Positions 56,570-64,000 of a stretch of 64,000 nt of DNA are shown here, in pieces. The first letter of the stretch is position 1, and every line of letters starts with the position of its first letter. A model generated the notes under the pieces. The model was not told the DNA's origin. It did no database searches and worked only from the letters and a program-made list of their open reading frames with translations. The position numbers were made by a program, and so were the translations under genes. Source of the stretch: an uncultured Candidatus Saccharibacteria bacterium (lineage in GTDB: Bacteria; Patescibacteriota; Minisyncoccia; Phycocordibacterales; Phycocordibacteraceae); contig CAYNOO010000001.1 in the NCBI GenBank assembly GCA_964398865.1, forward strand, positions 43,661 through 107,660, read 5' to 3'.

Positions 56570-58504
56570 TTAGGATATGGTATTCATTTCTTCGCTATTC
56601 CAGAAAGGGAACGTTATCACGGTTCGAAGTTCCGGATCTAGTTCAGTGATAAAAACTGAAGCCGTATTTTCAGAACGTGTTCCGAATATCCTGCGCGTAT
56701 AGGCGAAGAGTGCATAGACTTGTTTTTTCGCGCGAGTGAGCGCTACGTAGAAAAGCCTCCTTTCTTCCTCAGTGTCTACATCGTCGGATCCATCACGTTC
56801 ATGTGGGAATAAACCTTCTTCTAGTCCTGCGATGAACACAGTGTCGAACTCTAATCCTTTCGCGGCATGAACTGTCATAAGCTTCACTCCTGCTTTTGGT
56901 TTTTCTAATTCATCTTGGTCTGATTGCAGCGCAGCTTCTTCTATCAATCGCTCGATGCCTGCGCCCGACGGAAGCCCATCATATTTCGTCGCAACAGTGA
57001 CGAGCTCTTTCAGGTTTTCTAGCCGCTCGGCATCTTCAGGACTGCCAGTTTTATACAAGCGCCACATCCCGCTCTCGGTTAGTGCGAAGTGTACTGCTTC
57101 TGACGCGCTCTTCTCTTCAATAGCTTTTAATATGCGCGCGAGAGTTTGGCGAAAGAGATGTACTTTTTCTTTTGCTGCCGCAGGCAGCCCCTCTTCCTGA
57201 TTGTTAATAATCTTAGCGAGCGTCACTTTACCGATGCCTCGCGTTGGGGTAGAAATGGCGCGCGTTATGTCAGCGGCAGAGTCTGGATTCAGTGCTGCGC
57301 GGAGATACGCAAGTGTATCTTTTACTTCTTTGCGCTCAAAAAAGCGTACCCCCAAAACTTGATAGGGTACTGCAGCTTTCAGAAATGCTTCCTCCAAGAC
57401 TCGTGATTGAAAATTCGCACGATACAAGACTGCAATATCTTCCGCAAGCAATCCTCTTTCTATAAGTAACTTGGATTCTCCTGCGATGAATGCTGCTTCA
57501 TGGTTTTCGTCCGGGAAACCCGCTACGCGTATGTTTTCTCCGTCATCGTTTTTCGTATACAGTTCTTTTTCTCGGCGGTTTGTATTCTTTGCAATAGCAT
57601 CGTTCGCTGCAGAGAGAATAGTTTTCGTAGAGCGGTAATTTTCTGTAAGCAGAAGCACTTCAGCGTCCGGGAACGCGGTTTCAAAATTCATGATGTGTTC
57701 GATGGATGCGCCCCGCCAGCTGTAAATGTTCTGATCAACGTCTCCTACTGCGGCAATGTTTCCGTGACGCGCCGCAAGAATCTTTACAATTTCGTACTGC
57801 ACGCGGTTAGTATCCTGATATTCGTCAACGTGTATGTAGTCCCATGCGTTCTGAAAATGTTCGCGAGCAGGCGCGTGGTTCGTGAGCAGTGAGTGGGCTG
57901 TAAGGAGTATGTCGTCAAAATCTAGAGCCTTCTCTTTTTTCAGGATTGCTTCGTAGCGTCCCCACACCTCGCCTACTGCCTCATCAATGTAAGAGGAAGC
58001 GTGCTCCGCCTGGAATTCACGCTGACCTATCGCCTCTCCTTTTTTCCGGCTCATGATAGAAATCACACGACGCGGTTCGAGCTGTTTTGGGTCAAAGCCG
58101 GCTGCCGTTATGGCTTCTCTCATGGCGCGCGTAGAGTCGGCGCGGTCATAGATGGTAAAGCGGGCTGGTAGCCCCACTGCCCCATGGAATGCTTTTATGA
58201 TTTCTAAAGAAAGACGATGAAACGTCCCAATGAAAGGGTCGTGCCGCGGGCGGTCATAAGGGGAAAGAGAGAAATCCGTATCTATGATCCGGCTCACGCG
58301 CTCCTTCATTTCTTTCGCTGCCTTATTTGTGAACGTGACCGCAAGAATCCTCTCTGGCGCTACCCCTGAACGGATGATTTCCGCTATACGGTGGACGATA
58401 ACTCTGGTTTTTCCTGCTCCAGCGCCTGCAAGTATAAGGAGCGGTCCCTTCAGATGAGTTACTGCCTTCTTTTGGGTTTCATTTAGATGTGCAAGGTGAT
58501 CCAC
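56570..58504 (-). CDS. uvrD: ATP-dependent DNA helicase UvrD/PcrA
   Basis: LNETQKKAV...LILAGAGAGKTRVIVHRIA Walker A, DEYQDTN motif, SF1 helicase length. Confidence 0.9.
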   Translation of the reverse strand: MDHLAHLNETQKKAVTHLKGPLLILAGAGAGKTRVIVHRIAEIIRSGVAPERILAVTFTNKAAKEMKERVSRIIDTDFSLSPYDRPRHDPFIGTFHRLSLEIIKAFHGAVGLPARFTIYDRADSTRAMREAITAAGFDPKQLEPRRVISIMSRKKGEAIGQREFQAEHASSYIDEAVGEVWGRYEAILKKEKALDFDDILLTAHSLLTNHAPAREHFQNAWDYIHVDEYQDTNRVQYEIVKILAARHGNIAAVGDVDQNIYSWRGASIEHIMNFETAFPDAEVLLLTENYRSTKTILSAANDAIAKNTNRREKELYTKNDDGENIRVAGFPDENHEAAFIAGESKLLIERGLLAEDIAVLYRANFQSRVLEEAFLKAAVPYQVLGVRFFERKEVKDTLAYLRAALNPDSAADITRAISTPTRGIGKVTLAKIINNQEEGLPAAAKEKVHLFRQTLARILKAIEEKSASEAVHFALTESGMWRLYKTGSPEDAERLENLKELVTVATKYDGLPSGAGIERLIEEAALQSDQDELEKPKAGVKLMTVHAAKGLEFDTVFIAGLEEGLFPHERDGSDDVDTEEERRLFYVALTRAKKQVYALFAYTRRIFGTRSENTASVFITELDPELRTVITFPFWNSEEMNTIS

Positions 58505-58862
58505 AGGGTTTCACTATAGCAGCCCGGATATTCCCCCGATTCTTTTTAAGAAATTTTTTGTAAAAATGTCAATTTTTATGCTCTTTTTGGTTGTCCCCCT
58601 CATGATTTTTTAATGGTTGACGTAGATTTTCACTTGGGTATAGTGGACATACTACCGTAAGCGTCAGTCTCTTATATTGGCTTAACAGAGCCATTTCTCC
58701 TGAGACGTCCGTCCGGCTAACCCTGAGTGGGGAATAATTATAGAAACAAAACACGATAGCGCCCGCGAGCCAGCCCATGCAGGTTCCCGAGTTACACAAA
58801 GTAAGTATAGTTCGGTTTTTATTGCCGTCCTCATAGTCTTTTCATGCCTCAGTATCTTTAAA

Positions 58863-59840
58863 GTGGCGCACGCTGTTTCTCTATCTGATTTTTTCGGAGC
58901 GTTTACCTCCACTGCTGAAGACACGGCTTCAACATTGAGTTTTTCTGTTTCCAAGACTCCGGCACTCAAGAACGCCGTAAATTCTGACCCAAATCCGGCC
59001 AAGGGCGGTGGCGACATAACCATAGTTGGCGGCGTTGCGCTCGCAGCTGAAAGTGGTCCTGAAGGGACACTTGCCGATATACAGGATAAAAAGCCTGCAT
59101 CAAATCAGATTTCCATATATGTGGTCCGTGTCGGAGATTCCCTCTCTGAGATTGCCAAGATGTTTAATGTTTCAAATAACACCATTCTCTGGGCCAACAA
59201 CCTGACAAGCTTTAAGAGCGTACATCCGGGCGATACCCTCGTCATACTCCCTGTTACCGGTATAGAGCATGTCGTTTTGAAGGGTGAAACACTTGCCGGT
59301 ATCGTCAAAAAGTATAAAGGCGACATGCAGGATGTGCTTAATTTCAACAATCTTTCTTCAGGAGCGGCTCTGGTTGTTGGAGATACGATCGTCATTCCAG
59401 ACGGTGTTGATGCACCATTGATTACTACATCTTCGGTCAAGACCTCTTCAACGGCGACTGAGAAGCTTATAAGTAGCGCGGGCGGACCTGTTATTTCAGG
59501 GTATTATTTACGCCCTATCATTGGGGGTAAAAAGACCCAAGGACTCCATGGTTACAACGGGGTTGATCTTGGAACACCTGTAGGCACTCCAGTCATGGCA
59601 TCATGCCCCGGTACCGTGATGGTGAGTCGCGATTCTGGATGGAACGGAGGGTATGGCGAGTACATCGTGATTCAATGTTCTAATGGTACGCAGACAGTGT
59701 ACGGGCATCTTTCAAAGACGAGTGTATCGGCAGGTGCATCAGTGGTACAGGGGCAAGTCATAGCACTCTCTGGTAACACCGGTCGTTCCACAGGTCCACA
59801 TCTTCACTTTGAAATTCGCGGAGCGGCGAATCCTTTCTAA
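58863..59840 (+). CDS. LysM-LysM-M23 peptidoglycan DD-metalloendopeptidase
   Basis: Two LysM repeats (YVVRVGDSLSEIAKMF and HVVLKGETLAGIVKKY). C-terminal M23 region HGYNGVDLG...GNTGRSTGPHLHFEIR. Confidence 0.85.
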   Translation: MAHAVSLSDFFGAFTSTAEDTASTLSFSVSKTPALKNAVNSDPNPAKGGGDITIVGGVALAAESGPEGTLADIQDKKPASNQISIYVVRVGDSLSEIAKMFNVSNNTILWANNLTSFKSVHPGDTLVILPVTGIEHVVLKGETLAGIVKKYKGDMQDVLNFNNLSSGAALVVGDTIVIPDGVDAPLITTSSVKTSSTATEKLISSAGGPVISGYYLRPIIGGKKTQGLHGYNGVDLGTPVGTPVMASCPGTVMVSRDSGWNGGYGEYIVIQCSNGTQTVYGHLSKTSVSAGASVVQGQVIALSGNTGRSTGPHLHFEIRGAANPF

Positions 59841-59852
59841 TACTTCTTGAAA

Positions 59853-60614
59853 TCAAGCAACGCGCTTAGCGTTGTCGAAGTATTCTTCCTCGTTCTCGTC
59901 CTGATTGGGCAACTCTGGTGATTCAGACGCCGCCGGGGCGTTATCGTTTGCAGGTTGTTGTTTGAATACTGGTTGTCGGGGTTTATACTCCGGCTTTTTT
60001 TCTAGAGAATTTCGTGGAGCAGGAGCAATGCCGTCGACTGGCTTGTCTTCTTTAGGAGTATTTTGGTTTGGTGCATCTTTCAAGGGGCTTTGTGAACGAG
60101 GCTCTTTCTCTCCGGCAGATCGCTCGGAGCGTTCTTCTTTCCCGCTCATTTTTCCCGACCCGCCCTGCTCGTTTCCTTGCCCCTCAGGTTGTTCAGTTTC
60201 ATTGTTGTTTTGTCCACGTGCATTTTTTCTGCGAAGCGCCCTAAACGCAACGTCCTGCGCCCGCTCCGCTTTAGATTCCGCACCTTCTTCTCCTTCCAAT
60301 GGATCAGTTCCCGCTTTGTTTATTCGGTACGAGAACCATATGAACAGAGTGCAAGAAGGGGAAAAGGATAATCCAGGCACCGCTTCGAGAGCAGCATTGA
60401 CGAGTGTGGTCGCGAGCATCTTATCTGTCTTGTAGCCATTTAGCCACCACATACCACGGCAATAGCATATGAAGACTGTACCTGCGAGCGGAAGCCAGCA
60501 AAGGACGAAGTCGACGATTATCGCTACTTTTAGGTACGCGTCATATGAGTCTTTCGGGATGCGTTTTTTCCCTCCGAAAAAAGAGAAAAGATTGTTTTTT
60601 GTTTCTCCTGCCAC
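59853..60614 (-). CDS. membrane protein with disordered charged C-terminal tail
   Basis: 253 aa. Two TM helices near the N-terminus, then low-complexity E/K/Q-rich sequence. Confidence 0.4.
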   Translation of the reverse strand: MAGETKNNLFSFFGGKKRIPKDSYDAYLKVAIIVDFVLCWLPLAGTVFICYCRGMWWLNGYKTDKMLATTLVNAALEAVPGLSFSPSCTLFIWFSYRINKAGTDPLEGEEGAESKAERAQDVAFRALRRKNARGQNNNETEQPEGQGNEQGGSGKMSGKEERSERSAGEKEPRSQSPLKDAPNQNTPKEDKPVDGIAPAPRNSLEKKPEYKPRQPVFKQQPANDNAPAASESPELPNQDENEEEYFDNAKRVA

Positions 60615-60638
60615 AGTGGCATTGTAGCGCGTCTAGTT

Positions 60639-62141
60639 TTACCCGTTTCGGAGAATACGCGGGCGGTATTGCAGTGCTTCGAGCACGTGGGCTGAGCCTA
60701 CTGATTCGTCTCCTGCAATGTCTGCAATGGTACGCGCAAGCCTGAGCACGCGATGGTATGAGCGTGGCGAAAGCTTCAGTGTACCTGCGGCGCTGGCGAG
60801 AACTTTCGTTGCCTCGTCAGTGATGCCAATAGCGCTTCCCAACATTTTTGATGAGAGCTCGCTGTTCGTGTGCGCCGACAATTTTAATGCCTGAGCTCGC
60901 GCCCGCTGTTTTTCCCGAGCATCCATGATGCGTTTCTGTACTGCTAGAGAAGTTTCGCCCGCTCCTTTCGCGCGAAGCTTTTCATGAGGAACATGTGGCA
61001 CTTCTATCCAAATATCTATACGATCGATGATTGCACCCGAGAGTTTTTTCTTGAAGTGTTGTATGTCTCTTGGGTCTGCATTGTCGCCAGGCGGATTCAT
61101 CGCAGCCACTAACATGATGTTTGCTGGGAATGTGGTAGAGCCAGCCGCTCTCGAGATAGTAATCGCCCGATTCTCTAGAGGTTCCCTCAGGGCTTCAAGT
61201 GCACGCCGGTCAAACTCAGGAAATTCATCCAAGAAAAGCACACCTCGATGCGCAAGCGTCACTTCTCCTGGTCGCAAGGAGTTACCGCCGCCAACTAGTG
61301 CAACGTATGAGGAGGTGTGATGCGGGGCGCGTATAGGGGCTGAAACAAGTAAGGTTTCTTTTAAAGTGCCTGCGACGGAGTGAATTGCCGTTACTTCTAC
61401 TGCTTCATCAAAAGAAAGCGGCGGGAGAATTCCAGCAAGCGCGTTTGCAAGCATTGTTTTTCCTGTGCCGGGGGGTCCTACAAACGCAACGTTGTGGCGC
61501 CCTGCAGCAGCAATCTCTAACCCACGCTTCGCAGTTTCCTGTCCTTTGATATCAGATAAATCCACCGCAGGAGCTACACTGACTATTTTGCTGTTCACCT
61601 GACTCGCGGTTGCTGGCAGAAGTTTTTTGCCCGTGACATGTGCAATGACTTCTTTAAGCGAGGCTGCCCCGAGGACTGACACGCCCGTTACTAACGCCGC
61701 TTCTGCGGCATTCTCTTCCGGCACAATTATATTTTTGAATCCGTATTCGCGTGCCGCAAGACCCGCAGGCAAGGCACCCTTGATGGGACGGAGCGTTCCG
61801 TCGAGCGCGAGCTCCCCTAGGAAAACAGTGTCGTTCGCGTCGAATTTTATTTCCTCGGCAGAAAGCAAGTATGCAAGTGCCATAGGAAGATCAAAGACGG
61901 TTCCTTCTTTTTTCAGGTCAGCTGGTGCGAGTGAGATTATTACTTTATGGTTTTTGCTTTTGGGTGACGGGTATCCAGTGTGCTTGATTGCAGCAGAAAT
62001 TCTGTCCCGTGCTTCTTCGACCGCTTTCCCGGCGAGTCCCACCACTGCAAACGAATACAGACCTCGCGAAAGGTCTGTCTCGATGGTTACGCGATTTGAT
62101 GTAGGGAATCCTGGCTGAACGCTATACACGCGCGCAAACAT
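60639..62141 (-). CDS. comM: Mg-chelatase-like AAA+ protein ComM/YifB
   Basis: N-terminal Lon-like domain and AAA+ motif VAFVGPPGTGKTMLA. Confidence 0.85.
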   Translation of the reverse strand: MFARVYSVQPGFPTSNRVTIETDLSRGLYSFAVVGLAGKAVEEARDRISAAIKHTGYPSPKSKNHKVIISLAPADLKKEGTVFDLPMALAYLLSAEEIKFDANDTVFLGELALDGTLRPIKGALPAGLAAREYGFKNIIVPEENAAEAALVTGVSVLGAASLKEVIAHVTGKKLLPATASQVNSKIVSVAPAVDLSDIKGQETAKRGLEIAAAGRHNVAFVGPPGTGKTMLANALAGILPPLSFDEAVEVTAIHSVAGTLKETLLVSAPIRAPHHTSSYVALVGGGNSLRPGEVTLAHRGVLFLDEFPEFDRRALEALREPLENRAITISRAAGSTTFPANIMLVAAMNPPGDNADPRDIQHFKKKLSGAIIDRIDIWIEVPHVPHEKLRAKGAGETSLAVQKRIMDAREKQRARAQALKLSAHTNSELSSKMLGSAIGITDEATKVLASAAGTLKLSPRSYHRVLRLARTIADIAGDESVGSAHVLEALQYRPRILRNG

Positions 62142-62208
62142 GATTGTGCAAGTATATCAATGCTTCATCGGCATCGAGTTCGGTCATGCACAGATTGTTT
62201 AGGCAGGA

Positions 62209-62586
62209 TTATCCGACTGTTTCGCGCATGTGCTTCTTGCATGTGGGCGCTGCAGGGTTTGCTTCAAGCCTATCCATCTCGATCGCTTCACCGGAAATCT
62301 CACAGGTGCCGTATGTACCCTCCGTTATCTTTGCGAGTGCATTCATTACTTGATTTAAGCGACCCTCAAGTTCGTTCAAGGCAGCGTTGTTGTCCTGCAT
62401 GTCCTCGATGACATCAGCATTATCGTTTCTGTCTGCACCAAACTCATCCCCCGCAGGCTTTGAAGGAACCCAATCTGATGAATTTGAAGGGTTTCTGCTA
62501 CCGAGCTCCGAGAGCTCGATTTCCAAGAGCGCCTTTTCTTCCTCAAGCAATTTCTTGAACTTTACGATGTCGTTTTGTGTGAGCAT
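62209..62586 (-). CDS. DksA/TraR-family C4 zinc-finger protein
   Basis: Coiled-coil N-terminus and a C-terminal CEISGEAIEMDRLEANPAAPTC C4 finger. Confidence 0.65.
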   Translation of the reverse strand: MLTQNDIVKFKKLLEEEKALLEIELSELGSRNPSNSSDWVPSKPAGDEFGADRNDNADVIEDMQDNNAALNELEGRLNQVMNALAKITEGTYGTCEISGEAIEMDRLEANPAAPTCKKHMRETVG

Positions 62587-62654
62587 TCGGGCATCCTAGC
62601 ATGCGGAACCTATAGCTTCCAGGTTCAAGGTAGCAACTAGAAAACATCCCGAGC

Positions 62655-63959
62655 TTACTCGCTCTTCTGAAGCGAAAGACGGGTTATTACTTCACGGAGT
62701 GTACTCTCGTTGGTTGTAATGATGATGAGGTCAGGGCGAAGAAATGCATACATAATGTGCCACGCTGGCTGGCTTTCTCGGATATCAATATTCTGGACAG
62801 TGCGGTCAGTGAAGGTGAGCGGGGGTGGTGTGGATGCGATGCTTGCTGGAGCGAGCGCTGAGGGCTTGAAGAAGTCACCCAAACCTTCGTCCATGCGCGT
62901 CTCCCATGAGAGCATCGCTTGAAATGCATGGTCGTACGCTGCAACGCTAATGAGAAGAAATGGCTGATTGTGGTCAAATGCGTGTATGCCAACCATCGTA
63001 CCTGTTGTATTTCGCACAAGCGCATCGGGTGCTCCTAGGAGCGTCAGAATGTCTGCCGTACTAAGCGGTATGCTGTTTTCGGTTACGACGAAACTTTCGA
63101 CTTCGCCGAGGTTGAGTACCGCAGAATCTTTTACTTTTGCGAGGGTCGTTGGGAGAGGCTCTTCAGGAGAATGTTCTACCGTAATTGAATGATTTGCCGG
63201 AATGAGAGAGCGTAACGGCGCCGCTATATCGTCAGGCTTATTCAAAAAGAATGCGATGCCAACGCTTCCGATGCCAATCAGTATGAAAAGAATAGCTCCG
63301 CCCAAGAAGAGTCGCATACGATTTGCGCGTCGGCGTACTGCAGCTTCATCTTCGTAAGGTCCCTCTGCCATTGTTCGCTTCTGCTCAGCGCCCACGATTG
63401 AGGTAAGCGTGGTGTTTCGTTTTCTGATTTCTGCGCTTATGTCATTAGCATAGGTGCGCACTCTTGGGAGACCGTCTTCCGACTCCACACTTTGCTTCAG
63501 AGATTTTATTTCTGGCGGCAGCGTTTTTTCTCTTACCGGTTCAGCCTCAAGACCCATTTCGCGATTACTCCGTTCAAGCGGATTGAGTGGAGGCAGGGAT
63601 TGTACGGCGGTATTTTCTTTTTGTTCTGTGCTTTCTATCGTTTTTGTTTTTGTCGCTTCAACAACAGCGTTCCCCGAATAAAGCGAACTTACCGCCTTCG
63701 CCAACGCATCTACCGTCTTGAATTTTGCTCCACTAGCTGGAGGAACGGCAGTTTTTTTTGTGACCTCCTCTGGGGCATCAAGCAGAACCGGTGCGACTAC
63801 CGGCATTAATTTTTCATGTTCCGCAGTCGAAACATCAACACCTTTTGGTAGTGCGTTTGTACTCGACTCTTTTGCGAGTTCACTATTACCAGCGATGTCC
63901 CCCGCCTTGTCCGTCTCGTCCGCCATTTCGTCTATCATTGTACCCTCCCCTCGGAGCAT
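62655..63959 (-). CDS. hypothetical membrane-anchored protein
   Basis: 434 aa. Disordered N-terminal part, one TM segment (LFLGGAILFILIGIGSVGIAFFL), then a C-terminal globular domain. Confidence 0.4.
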   Translation of the reverse strand: MLRGEGTMIDEMADETDKAGDIAGNSELAKESSTNALPKGVDVSTAEHEKLMPVVAPVLLDAPEEVTKKTAVPPASGAKFKTVDALAKAVSSLYSGNAVVEATKTKTIESTEQKENTAVQSLPPLNPLERSNREMGLEAEPVREKTLPPEIKSLKQSVESEDGLPRVRTYANDISAEIRKRNTTLTSIVGAEQKRTMAEGPYEDEAAVRRRANRMRLFLGGAILFILIGIGSVGIAFFLNKPDDIAAPLRSLIPANHSITVEHSPEEPLPTTLAKVKDSAVLNLGEVESFVVTENSIPLSTADILTLLGAPDALVRNTTGTMVGIHAFDHNQPFLLISVAAYDHAFQAMLSWETRMDEGLGDFFKPSALAPASIASTPPPLTFTDRTVQNIDIRESQPAWHIMYAFLRPDLIIITTNESTLREVITRLSLQKSE

Positions 63960-64000
63960 CCCCGCTTGGGTTTCCCTCCGCAGGTTTCAAACCTTTTCGC

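Noticed and set aside
1-64000. CRISPR arrays, rRNA genes, transposases or integrases, and reverse transcriptases
   Set aside because: No regularly spaced direct repeats, no rRNA-like segments, and no ORFs with DDE, tyrosine/serine recombinase or RT motifs were seen in any frame.

Overview
This 64-kb window looks like a gene-dense chromosomal segment from a small-genome bacterium, plausibly Patescibacteria/CPR-like. That assignment is an inference from gene content: a short archaeal-type purA, a minimal set of housekeeping genes and many small secreted or membrane proteins. The window includes the replication-origin neighbourhood, with dnaN and dnaA on the minus strand and rpmH-rnpA-yidC-jag on the plus strand, and the dnaN-dnaA intergenic gap contains DnaA-box-like sequences. 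Recognisable housekeeping genes are purA, uppS, rplS, rpsT, ruvA/ruvB/ruvC/ruvX, polA, tyrS, a class A PBP, a Mur ligase, tsaE, rsmA, uvrD and comM. I could assign eight tRNAs by hand: His, Leu, Val, Arg-TCT, Ser, Arg-GCG and Lys, with Leu and His adjacent. There is a type IV pilus set (pilM-pilN-pilO-like at 11.2-13.6 kb and pilB at 27.5 kb). There is also a roughly 14-kb minus-strand cluster (41.2-54.1 kb) resembling a Gram-positive-style type IV secretion system: a VirB4 ATPase, a PrgI/VirB3-like protein, a giant VirB6-like membrane protein, a VirB2-like candidate, several secreted proteins and a divergent LAS-type cell-wall hydrolase. I saw no VirD4 coupling protein or relaxase. The most unusual signal is a family of three paralogous 110-190-bp elements. 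Each sits immediately 3' of a different tRNA gene, ahead of a terminator in two of three cases. All share a conserved core of about 46 nt. Each is bounded by an inverted copy and a direct copy of the last 12-20 nt of its own host tRNA. A second oddity is an Avd/23S-IVS-type four-helix-bundle gene flanked by perfect 10-bp inverted repeats, inserted inside the secretion operon. An alternative-oxidase-like di-iron protein is also unexpected for this kind of genome. No CRISPR array, rRNA gene or transposase was seen.
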